Positions 17,747-26,262 of a stretch of 36,750 nucleotides of DNA are shown here, piece after piece. The notes beneath the pieces are model-generated. The model did no database searches. It was not told the DNA's origin and saw nothing but the letters and a program-made list of their open reading frames with translations. Position 1 is the first letter of the stretch; each line of letters starts with the position of its first letter. Source of the stretch: Candidatus Adlerbacteria bacterium (GTDB taxonomy: Bacteria; Patescibacteriota; Minisyncoccia; Phycocordibacterales; SBAW01); contig JAYTFN010000017.1 in the NCBI GenBank assembly GCA_043734325.1, positions 1 to 36,750 of the forward strand, read 5' to 3'. A program made the translations under genes and the position numbers.

Positions 17747-17786
17747 GTAAAAAGTCGATACCTTGAACTGGATACCGACTTTTTAC
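17747..17786. terminator. Hairpin between tRNA-Ser and the convergent DUF45 gene (possibly a bidirectional terminator)
   Basis: Perfect 11-bp stem GTAAAAAGTCG / CGACTTTTTAC, followed by TTTGTTTCTTTG on the plus strand. Confidence 0.45.
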
Positions 17787-17802
17787 TTTGTTTCTTTGTG
17801 GC

Positions 17803-18351
17803 CTACTTATAAAATAACTCGTGATTACGAAGCTCTTTTTTTATATCTAAATAATTAGGGAGGGCTTTCTCCACAAGCGCCCAGAATTTTTTTGAATGAT
17901 TAAATTCTTTAAGATGGCATATTTCATGGACAATAATATAGTCACGATGTTTTTGTGGTAGAAATACAATTTTGTAATTAAAATTTAGATTTTGTTTGCA
18001 CGAACAGCTACCCCAACAAGTCTTTTGATTTTTAATAAAGATATTGTTAAACGAAAAACCATATACTTTGTTATAAACCCTAACCCGGTTCTGCACGAGA
18101 GCAAGAGCTTTGTCCTTGTTTTCCAAATAGTCTTTATGCGAGAAAGTACGGATAGCTTTGCTGTCCACGCTCTTAAAAAAGAGTATTTTGTCCCACACCC
18201 ACTGTTTTTTATCAGCAAGAAACTTCTCAACGATTGATAGTTCGACCCCGAAAGGGGTAGTCACTATTACACTGCCGTCACAATACACCGCAAGACGCAT
18301 TCGTTTTGCTCTTTTGCTCCTTTTAAGTTTATAAGAGATTTTCTTTTCCAT
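17803..18351 (-). CDS. DUF45/YgjP-like (M48-type) zinc metallopeptidase
   Basis: WGSCSCKQNLNFNYK...DYIIVHEICHLKEFNHSKKFW with an HExxH motif. It starts 17 nt downstream of hsdR. Confidence 0.8.
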   Translation of the reverse strand: MEKKISYKLKRSKRAKRMRLAVYCDGSVIVTTPFGVELSIVEKFLADKKQWVWDKILFFKSVDSKAIRTFSHKDYLENKDKALALVQNRVRVYNKVYGFSFNNIFIKNQKTCWGSCSCKQNLNFNYKIVFLPQKHRDYIIVHEICHLKEFNHSKKFWALVEKALPNYLDIKKELRNHELFYK

Positions 18352-18368
18352 ACTATATATTTTTCTTG

Positions 18369-21284
18369 CTAGAATTTCTTAGTGATGATGTCTACCAGTC
18401 TATTTAAGAATTTTGGAAAATCTTTTACAGTAAACCGACCTTTATAATCGCGCAGAATCAGTTCTTGCAAGGTTTGTTTAATATCTTTAACAAACACATC
18501 TCGCTTTGAGGATTCCTGCCACCCACTATCCAGGTCGTCCTCAATTCGATTTCGAAGTTCTTTAACAAATTCCTTAACTTCATCATCCTTGCCTCCATTA
18601 ATAAATTCCTGCGAGATAACATAAAGCGCATATTCTTTCAAATCAAGTCCTAAATCTTTTGCCTCATTTCCCTTTGTCTTGATATCACTCATTAATTCCT
18701 CATACCGACGGATTCTTTCCGCAAGGTCAATCTGATTTTGTTCAAACTCGCGACGAATAGCAGTTAGCCGTTCGCTAAATTTTTGATATGCAGGATTTTC
18801 ATCAAGATTGATTGAGATCTCTTGTTTGAGCATTTTCTCAAGATTCAGCGCCTTTTCCTCGTCATCCATCCCCTTGAGTCGCTCAAGTGTGTACAAATCA
18901 TTCACGCGTAGTTCGCGGAAATTCTTTGTAATTCCTTCGAAATCAATGATAGTGCTCTTTTGGATAAGCTCGCGGACTTTCTCGCCGTATTCTTCAAGTA
19001 AATATCGATCATCCTCGCTTCGAAATTCCTTCAAAAATGCCAAGTAAAAACTTGTCACCCATTCAAAAGGGCGAATGTATTGCTTCAAGTACGGATCAGG
19101 CGAAAGAAACTCAAACAAGCTCTTGAGCTTCATATACTTCTCAACAAAGTATTTCTGTTTGTCTTGATTATCAATGAAAATCTTTAAACATCGGCGAAGA
19201 TTATCCATTGATGGATCTTCGATATTTACGCCCGTAAATATTTTCATTACATCGCTCAAAACATCAGAAAATCTTGCCTTCACTCGCTCAATATCTATCA
19301 TCGCCGAATCAACGACATCCTCGTCAAAATCAAGAGCGTCATATAAATTTCGCGTAATTCCGTAGTAGTCGATAATTTTCCCTGCTTCCTTGTTTTTATA
19401 AACACGATTCGTGCGCGCAATCGCTTGCAAGAGATTATGATCGCGAAGCGGCTTATCGAGATACATCACTTGTTCAATTGGAGCATCGAAACCTGTGAGC
19501 AACATGTCGCAGACTAAAAGAAACTTCAAAGAAGATTTTGGGTCTTTGAATCGCTCAATAATCTGTTCGCGTTCACGCTTGCTCGTGTTATATGCTTTCA
19601 AATCATCCGCATCGCTATTTGGATCTCCGGGAGAATACACCACAGCCGACCATTCGGATGGTATGAGTTTATCGAGTAATTTCTTATACGTTGCCACGGC
19701 TTCGCGGTCATACGCCACGACCTGCGCCTTGAAGCCATTTGGCTCCACATAGAGCTTGTAATGCTCCACAATGTCCCTTGCGACAGCTTCCATGCGTTTG
19801 GGTAGCTTAACGAGCGCCGCCTTTTTACCGTATTTCCTTATAAGTTCAGTCTTTTGCTTGTCGGACAAATCTCCTGCTATTTCTTCAAACTGCTGATCGA
19901 GCTTTTCTTCGTCAATAGAAAACTTCGAAAGTCGAGCTTCATACGTCACCGGTATTGTCGCTCCATCATCAATCGCTTCTTGGATAGAGTAGTAGTCAAG
20001 ATATCTCTTTCCTTCACCTTCATAATTTCGAAAAGTGTTCGTATGCGCCTTATCAACAGGCGTTCCAGTAAACCCGAAGAAAAATGCTTTTTTGAACGCA
20101 TTTCGCATATTAATACCCGACACGCCCTCATCGCCGCGATGAGCTTCATCAGAAAGAATAATTACGTTTTCATCGAGATTCTCCACTTTGTCGCCAAGTT
20201 CCGAGAACTTTTGAATAGTGGTGATAAATATACCCTTTTCCGATGATTGTATTTTTTCTTCCAGATCCTTCCGTGAGGTTACCCGAACGATGTTCTTCCC
20301 TCCTGCATTAGTAAAAGTCTCAAATATCTGGTCGTCCAAGTCCACACGATCAACCAAAATAAATACTTTCGGATTGGCGAGAGCTTTGTTGAAGCGGAGC
20401 TTCCACGCGGTGAAATACATCGTGAGCGTCTTGCCAGATCCTTGCGTGTGCCAGATAAGTCCTTGGCGTTTTTCCTTCATCACTACACGCTCCACAATCT
20501 TGTTTGTTGCCCGCATCTGCTGATAGCGAGCCATTTTCTTCACTAGTTTTTCTTTTTCCTTTTCAAACAAAATAAAGTTTTGGACAATATCTAAAAAGTT
20601 TCCTTTAGACAAAAGTGAGAAAAGTATCATCTCAAGCTCTCCACCAAGTTCTTTTTCAATATCTTCATCTCTCCATTGGAGGAAGTACTGTTTGGGCGCG
20701 CCCGTGGCACCATAGACTGTTTTAAGGCCATCACTCGCGATGTTAAAACAGTTTGGAATAAATAGTTTCCGAGCTACTTTTTCGTATCTCTTTATTTGAT
20801 CAATCCCGTTTTCAAAACTCACTCCGAGAGAGGCAGTTGGGCTCTTTGCTTCAATATCCACAAGAGGAAGCCCGTTCACAAAAATCATTATATCTGGCCG
20901 GATATTTTCTGTATCCCCTTCGAAATAGAATTGATTGGTAACAACAAATTGGTTATTCTCCGGATTGTCAAAATCAAGTAGTTTATAGTCATGCTTTCTC
21001 CCAGTGACAGAATTTTTGAGGTTAATTCCATCTCTTAGCGCTTTCAAAAAAGCTTCGTTATTATCAATTTTCCTAACTTCATGAAGGACACTTTTTACCT
21101 CGCTATCGTTTGCGGTTGGATTGAGTGTGCTAATAGCTTTCTCTAAAAGAGAAGTGACGATGTATTCACTCTCAAGATCACGAAGTTTTGCAAATTCCTC
21201 CGGCTTTATGTACTGAAACCCGAGCTTATCTTTAATAAACTTAATGATGTAATTTTCTACTGTATATTGTTCGTTGAATTTCAT
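18369..21284 (-). CDS. hsdR: Type I restriction enzyme R subunit
   Basis: HSDR_N-like N-terminus; helicase motif I HTQGSGKTLTM; DEAH box LSDEAHRG; motif VI QAIARTNR; 971 aa. Confidence 0.92.
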   Translation of the reverse strand: MKFNEQYTVENYIIKFIKDKLGFQYIKPEEFAKLRDLESEYIVTSLLEKAISTLNPTANDSEVKSVLHEVRKIDNNEAFLKALRDGINLKNSVTGRKHDYKLLDFDNPENNQFVVTNQFYFEGDTENIRPDIMIFVNGLPLVDIEAKSPTASLGVSFENGIDQIKRYEKVARKLFIPNCFNIASDGLKTVYGATGAPKQYFLQWRDEDIEKELGGELEMILFSLLSKGNFLDIVQNFILFEKEKEKLVKKMARYQQMRATNKIVERVVMKEKRQGLIWHTQGSGKTLTMYFTAWKLRFNKALANPKVFILVDRVDLDDQIFETFTNAGGKNIVRVTSRKDLEEKIQSSEKGIFITTIQKFSELGDKVENLDENVIILSDEAHRGDEGVSGINMRNAFKKAFFFGFTGTPVDKAHTNTFRNYEGEGKRYLDYYSIQEAIDDGATIPVTYEARLSKFSIDEEKLDQQFEEIAGDLSDKQKTELIRKYGKKAALVKLPKRMEAVARDIVEHYKLYVEPNGFKAQVVAYDREAVATYKKLLDKLIPSEWSAVVYSPGDPNSDADDLKAYNTSKREREQIIERFKDPKSSLKFLLVCDMLLTGFDAPIEQVMYLDKPLRDHNLLQAIARTNRVYKNKEAGKIIDYYGITRNLYDALDFDEDVVDSAMIDIERVKARFSDVLSDVMKIFTGVNIEDPSMDNLRRCLKIFIDNQDKQKYFVEKYMKLKSLFEFLSPDPYLKQYIRPFEWVTSFYLAFLKEFRSEDDRYLLEEYGEKVRELIQKSTIIDFEGITKNFRELRVNDLYTLERLKGMDDEEKALNLEKMLKQEISINLDENPAYQKFSERLTAIRREFEQNQIDLAERIRRYEELMSDIKTKGNEAKDLGLDLKEYALYVISQEFINGGKDDEVKEFVKELRNRIEDDLDSGWQESSKRDVFVKDIKQTLQELILRDYKGRFTVKDFPKFLNRLVDIITKKF

Positions 21285-21389
21285 ATTTTTTTCTAACCTT
21301 AGTTTTCCACAGCTTCATTGATTTTTAAGAGGAAAAAGGTATTATATTGGTATGGGCTTTGCCCCGGGGTTCGCGTATGCGAGCCGGCA

Positions 21390-22244
21390 TCAAACCTGAG
21401 CTTGCTCAGGTTTTTTGCTGCTTGAGTCATCAAAACAACTATATTTTATGCCTCGGCTGGACCATTCTGATTCAGGAAGCAGTGCGTCAATAACCTTTTT
21501 GTTATTATACAATGCAACCCACGGATTATACGTTGGCTCATATTTCCTTTTCGCCATAGGATATAGATAAAGATCGGCAAGCTGCACATACAAATTTTCC
21601 TTGGTTTTACGTCGGGGTTCACCGAGTATGAGTTGCTGAAAATCAGACTGATTGAGCCCACCATATTTTTTAGAATTTTCTATATGAAACGGCATGCCAC
21701 TATGTTTCAAATCCTTTGCGTACTGAATAATAGCGCGATCCTCTTTTTTCCCAGCTCCCTCAAATCTCACGTTCAATATTCCGCCTTCATTTTGTAGATA
21801 TTTTGCAACACGTTCAATCAAAATCGAATATGCTGTTTTGCACATCAGCCACCGCTTGTCTCCATATAGTTGCTTATATCGCTCATTGTAGCCAGGTCGG
21901 TGAATCACAGTTGCAAATCCAATAACGGGTAGCGACTCAAGAAACACACTGAGTTCCTCATAGAATGTATCTCTTAATTTTGCACTACTCTTCTCTAGCC
22001 ATGCAAAATTGTCTCGCATACCGCGAATCTTGGTAGAGTGCAGTGGATAGTCTATTTTCCATTTCTTACAAAACTCAAAATATCGATCACACAGCTCGAG
22101 TTTATCAACTTCAGCAACTAAAACACCTCCCAGCGCAAAATGATCCATTCCATCGTCACGAGATTTTAAATCCAGCCCATCCGGAAGCCGTGAGCCTGAG
22201 TCGTCAATATACAAATAATACTGTTGAGCTGGTGCCTTTGTCAT
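21390..22244 (-). CDS. DUF3800-like protein (function unknown) between hsdS and hsdR
   Basis: N-terminal YLYIDDSGS acidic motif and C-terminal VQLADLYLYP motif, both typical of DUF3800. ATGA overlap with the hsdS stop. Confidence 0.65.
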   Translation of the reverse strand: MTKAPAQQYYLYIDDSGSRLPDGLDLKSRDDGMDHFALGGVLVAEVDKLELCDRYFEFCKKWKIDYPLHSTKIRGMRDNFAWLEKSSAKLRDTFYEELSVFLESLPVIGFATVIHRPGYNERYKQLYGDKRWLMCKTAYSILIERVAKYLQNEGGILNVRFEGAGKKEDRAIIQYAKDLKHSGMPFHIENSKKYGGLNQSDFQQLILGEPRRKTKENLYVQLADLYLYPMAKRKYEPTYNPWVALYNNKKVIDALLPESEWSSRGIKYSCFDDSSSKKPEQAQV

Positions 22245-23392
22245 ATTTGTACCCTTACCGATCCACTCAATAAATCCTGCATCAGACCTTTTTTGAGAAG
22301 AGTAAGTTTTGCTTTCAATTTCTTATTGACTGAAATCTTTTCATTGATACTCACCAATATTTCTGCAATCTCTCGTTGCTCTGATATTGGGGGAAGTGAG
22401 ATTGGTAATTTTTCTAATAGTTTAAGAGTTAAGAATTTAGTGGTTGAACCCACCGAAGAATCTCTTAGTTCATTCAATCGCGTATTCAATACTTCTTTAA
22501 GATATGGATAGGATAAATTATCTTCACTTTTTACGGAGATAACATAAGTTCTTTGATAAGCATCAAATTTACCATCGTAATATTTGACTGAGTATTTCCC
22601 AGCCGCGTTATTTCCAGCAAGTAAAATAGCTTCCTGGTCAAACGAATATTGATCTATTGCAAAAGTTTCTTGTGAACAAGTGAAAAACGGATATGCTCCA
22701 CCGTCTACTGCTTTATTTGAATTCAATTTTCCAGTTTTGAAAATACAAAGATCGCCCAGTTTTGATATTTTAAATTCTGAATTTCTAATCCCGCGAGTAA
22801 AGAGCTGTTGCATCAATCCACGCTTGAGCTTTTCTGTTGCCTTAATCACTTCCTGCGTCTTCGCAATATCCTCATCCACCGTCCCCAAAATCTCCGCAAT
22901 TTTTTGTTGTTCTTTTAAGATGGGTAATAAAAATTGATAGTTGGCGACGTCGTCTGAGTTTATGGCAGGATAGTTTGAACCAATTGCCTTATCAACAAGA
23001 TAATTTGTGAAATCGTCTTGCACCAAAACTTGATACGCATATCCGTGATCAATCGCTCTAGACCGAACTACACTAAATCCTGTCGAGCATAATGTACTGA
23101 CACTGTAATCGGGGACGCGACATATGCCCTTTAAATTCGGTCTCACATTTGAAATAAGAATATCGTCCTTTCTTACAAGACGGCGCGCCCTACCTGGTGC
23201 TTGCAATCCGGTAAATATTTTTAACTCTTGAATTTTGAAATCTTTGACAGAGGCAATATCGATATATTGGAAAAAATCATCGGGTGATGATTGGGGGGTT
23301 ATTTGTTCGGGGTTCACATCCAAGACATCGGCAACACGCACTTGTGTCCATCCACTCGGAATATTCTTTTGTTGTGTTGTGTTAGTTTTCAT
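22241..23392 (-). CDS. hsdS: Type I R-M specificity subunit, two target-recognition domains
   Basis: Two conserved-region repeats: LPILKEQQKIAEILGTVDEDI...LKRGLMQQLF and LPPISEQREIAEILVSINEKI...LKKGLMQDLL. I trimmed the start to the ATG at 23392, 1 nt after the stop of the upstream gene. Confidence 0.88.
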   Translation of the reverse strand: MKTNTTQQKNIPSGWTQVRVADVLDVNPEQITPQSSPDDFFQYIDIASVKDFKIQELKIFTGLQAPGRARRLVRKDDILISNVRPNLKGICRVPDYSVSTLCSTGFSVVRSRAIDHGYAYQVLVQDDFTNYLVDKAIGSNYPAINSDDVANYQFLLPILKEQQKIAEILGTVDEDIAKTQEVIKATEKLKRGLMQQLFTRGIRNSEFKISKLGDLCIFKTGKLNSNKAVDGGAYPFFTCSQETFAIDQYSFDQEAILLAGNNAAGKYSVKYYDGKFDAYQRTYVISVKSEDNLSYPYLKEVLNTRLNELRDSSVGSTTKFLTLKLLEKLPISLPPISEQREIAEILVSINEKISVNKKLKAKLTLLKKGLMQDLLSGSVRVQI

Positions 23393-23393
23393 A

Positions 23394-24293
23394 TTATTTA
23401 CTTGAGATCCACTTAATTGAGCCAGCAATGGAAGCATTCAGGACTTGTAGGCAAATTTTTGCAGTATGCTTATCGGGTGAAAACTTTGAGACGCTTTGTT
23501 CATACGGATGAATATAGTTACGAAAGTCTCGCAGGGTATGTCCAAACTTTTTCACATCCAAACCAATTACACCGAGCTCATACGCTACATCAATAAGACC
23601 CGCCAGCTTCCAGTCCGGTAGAGGTAAAACTTTTTCCAACTTGTCTTTTGGACTGGCAGCAGCTGATTGAAACTCTTGCGGATGTTTTACTGCAATACCA
23701 AATAAAATTCCCTCTAGTATACTTCCAGCCATAATAACGGAGGACAGCGGCGCATTATGTTGTAAACATTGGCGTGACTCCAGAATGCGGTCTTTCAAAA
23801 TACTTTCTATCACTCCATCAAGACCAAGTTTTGAAATATCATTTTCTTCAAAATCTTTTTTCAAAAACTCTTCCTCGGAATCAGTGGGTGCATTTTTTAT
23901 ATCTACAATCGGATTCAATGATTCCTTTAGAGAAACTATGATCGGATCACGACCTTGAAAGATAACACTCATATTTTCCATAAATAAAATATCATTCATC
24001 GCCTTTACAGCTATCACTAATTTCGTCCTGTCTGCTTTGTATTCTCTTATGTCAACAAGCCTCAAAATTACTTTTTCGAGATCGTCGAATGTTAACTGCT
24101 TGAGCAACTCAAGCACCCACCATTTTCGTGTGCTCCCGTCGTGAGTTGCACTAATATTGATATTTTGAAAAAAACGAGTTAAATAACCTGAAGATCTATA
24201 CTCAGGATACTTTCCGGCTTCATCTCCACAAATAAAATCAGCAAGTGCGTCGAGCGTGGAGGGGTCTAATCTATTTTTTAAATATCTCGCCAT
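23394..24293 (-). CDS. Uncharacterised protein. The C-terminal half is HEPN-like (putative RNase) and the N-terminal domain is unknown.
   Basis: 299 aa. The C-terminal helical region ESRQCLQHNAPLSSVIMAGSILEGILFG ... LIDVAYELGVI ... LRDFRNYIHP contains an R-x6-H / RN..H motif (DNA 23508-23531) that fits the HEPN Rx4-6H signature. The gene is wedged between hsdM and hsdS with 1-nt spacers on both sides. Confidence 0.6.
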   Translation of the reverse strand: MARYLKNRLDPSTLDALADFICGDEAGKYPEYRSSGYLTRFFQNINISATHDGSTRKWWVLELLKQLTFDDLEKVILRLVDIREYKADRTKLVIAVKAMNDILFMENMSVIFQGRDPIIVSLKESLNPIVDIKNAPTDSEEEFLKKDFEENDISKLGLDGVIESILKDRILESRQCLQHNAPLSSVIMAGSILEGILFGIAVKHPQEFQSAAASPKDKLEKVLPLPDWKLAGLIDVAYELGVIGLDVKKFGHTLRDFRNYIHPYEQSVSKFSPDKHTAKICLQVLNASIAGSIKWISSK

Positions 24294-24294
24294 A

Positions 24295-26004
24295 CTAATA
24301 TTTCAACCCCTTCAAATACCTCTCGACCTTCTTATCAATCGCTTCTCGCTCTTTTTCAATTTCTTTCACTTCTGCCCACACAGTTTTTATATCAACCACC
24401 ATCTCATCTTCGCCATTTTCTACATAGCGACGAACATTGAGATTGAATTCATTTTCTTCAAGCTCTTTAACACCCACCACGCGCGCATATTTCTCAATAT
24501 CTCGATATCCCTCAAATGCTGACACTATTTTCCCAATATCCCCCTTGCGTAGGCGGTTTTGATTTTTGCCTGCTTCATAGTCTTGCTCGGCGTCGATGAT
24601 GAGAATTCTGTTCTTATGGGCTTCTGGCTTGTTTTTGTTGAATATCACAATCGCCGCCGGAATACCTGTACCGTAGAAAAGTTTTGCGGGGAGAGCAACA
24701 ATGGCCTCAATCAGGTCATTTTTGATAAGCTCCTCTCGAATACGGCCCTCGGCTCCACCGCGGAAAAGCACACCATGCGGAAGCACGATGCCAGCACGTC
24801 CGTTTTCATTCATTGACTTCACCATGTGAAGCACAAAGGCGTAGTCGGCTTTTTTTGCTGGAGGCATTTCGTATCCAGCAACTCGTCCGTATTTGTCGTG
24901 CTTAAATATCTCGTACTCCCATTCACTTATGGAGTAGGGCGGGTTTGCGACGCAAATGTCGAATGTTTTGAGCGCGCCGTCCGGGTTTAGAAACTTCGGA
25001 TCAGCGAGTGTGTCTCCGCGCTGAATATCCGCACTATCAAGTCCGTGGAGGAACATGTTTATCTTTGCAATCGCATAAGTACCGATGTTTATTTCTTGCC
25101 CATAAAGATAGAGCGAGCGGGCTTTCTTTTCCCCGGCTTCATTTTTGAGATGATGATATGCCTCCAAGAGAAAACCGCCCGAGCCAACCGCCATGTCGTA
25201 GATATGATCTTTCTCGTGGGGCTTGAGAATATTGATAACCACACGCTCAACTTCACGGGGAGTATAGAATTCTCCGCCTTTCTTGCCAGCGTCTGCCGCG
25301 AATTGCTCAATGAGGTATTCGTATGCATCTCCGAGAAGGTCAGAGCTGATGTAATTGTCGCCAAAATTGTGCTGCGAGAAGTGATTGATAAGGCGTTGGA
25401 TGGTTTCATTGGGGAATTTGTCTTTATTTGCAAAATCAAGGTCGTCAAAAATCTTGTCGAGCTTCGGGCTGTTGGCATTGGTGAGTTTATCAAAAATCTC
25501 GTTGAGCTTGTGACCGATTCCTTCCGCTTGCATCTCTACTACTTTCCATCGGCAGTCTTTTGGAACTTGAAAGCGATGATTGTGATCTGAGCGGGCAACT
25601 TCTTCGTCGTGATATACTTCAAGAACTTTTTTATATTCCTCGTCCCAGGAGTCACTGATTCGTTTGTAGAAAAGGAGTCCGAAAATATATTTCTTGTAAT
25701 CAGAGCTATCAATTTTCCCACGCAAAATGTCTGCGCTCCTCCAAAGGAATTGCTTGAGTTGGGTGAGATTCATTTTCCCTGAATCATCGGTGAGTGGAGC
25801 ATCAAAACTTTTCATAATACTTTTGTCATTTGCAATTCGCTCTATGTCTTCCGGTTTATATTTTCGATCTTTTCGTGGACCAACACGGAGTGGGGTTATG
25901 AGTCCTTTCTTCTCCCAATTACGAAGCGTGTCTTGGTGAATACCAAAAATGCTCGAAACTTCACTGATTGAGAGTAGTGCTTTTTCGTTTGATGTTTTCT
26001 TCAT
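24295..26004 (-). CDS. hsdM: Type I R-M N6-adenine DNA methyltransferase subunit with a fused N-terminal MerR/excisionase-type HTH
   Basis: AdoMet motif DMAVGSGGFL; catalytic VANPPYS; HsdM_N-like region. The first ~60 aa, LLSISEVSSIFGIHQDTLRNWEKKGLITP, form an HTH. Confidence 0.92.
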   Translation of the reverse strand: MKKTSNEKALLSISEVSSIFGIHQDTLRNWEKKGLITPLRVGPRKDRKYKPEDIERIANDKSIMKSFDAPLTDDSGKMNLTQLKQFLWRSADILRGKIDSSDYKKYIFGLLFYKRISDSWDEEYKKVLEVYHDEEVARSDHNHRFQVPKDCRWKVVEMQAEGIGHKLNEIFDKLTNANSPKLDKIFDDLDFANKDKFPNETIQRLINHFSQHNFGDNYISSDLLGDAYEYLIEQFAADAGKKGGEFYTPREVERVVINILKPHEKDHIYDMAVGSGGFLLEAYHHLKNEAGEKKARSLYLYGQEINIGTYAIAKINMFLHGLDSADIQRGDTLADPKFLNPDGALKTFDICVANPPYSISEWEYEIFKHDKYGRVAGYEMPPAKKADYAFVLHMVKSMNENGRAGIVLPHGVLFRGGAEGRIREELIKNDLIEAIVALPAKLFYGTGIPAAIVIFNKNKPEAHKNRILIIDAEQDYEAGKNQNRLRKGDIGKIVSAFEGYRDIEKYARVVGVKELEENEFNLNVRRYVENGEDEMVVDIKTVWAEVKEIEKEREAIDKKVERYLKGLKY

Positions 26005-26005
26005 A

Positions 26006-26076
26006 TTTCATAGGTTATCATAGGTGCTATGCCATTGTAAAGCTTTTTACAAAATATCATAACTTTTCATAGGTTA
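26006..26076. promoter_or_regulatory. Three direct copies of TCATAGGT (two extend to TTTCATAGGTTA) immediately upstream of hsdM
   Basis: Copies at 26008-26015, 26018-26025 (10-bp phasing) and 26067-26074. The 12-mers at 26006-26017 and 26065-26076 are identical. Confidence 0.4.
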
Positions 26077-26262
26077 ACTGATTTTAGATTGCGTGGAGTA
26101 ATCAACTGCATTCTGTCCTTTGTCTGATTTTGGTTTCGGTACCTCAAACCACTCTGGATGTTGCTTGAACATGCCACGTAATTCACGTATGCTTGTATCA
26201 AGAACGTTGAATTTGAGCCACGTTTTCGGTTCAAACTTCCGGACATCGCCACCGCCTGAGTT

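Noticed and set aside
21354-21371. An 18-mer GGGCTTTGCCCCGGGGTT that recurs (17/18 identity, opposite strand) at 36660-36677, considered as a possible REP-like repeat family
   Set aside because: With roughly 1.3e9 comparable position pairs in the window, about one 17/18 match is expected by chance. Only two copies are seen, and one of them is simply a terminator stem.
21392-21420. Hairpin AACCTGAGC-TTGC-TCAGGTT plus a T-run as a terminator
   Set aside because: The T-run is on the plus strand, but all neighbouring genes are on the minus strand. The hairpin also lies within the last codons of the DUF3800-like gene.
26005-26262. A direct repeat of the tRNA-Ser 3-prime end (att site) or an integrase remnant at the far end of the R-M island
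   Set aside because: I could not find a match to GTTCGAATCTCACCTCCTCCG in this interval by eye, and there is no integrase-like ORF. The island boundary therefore remains inferred from composition only.
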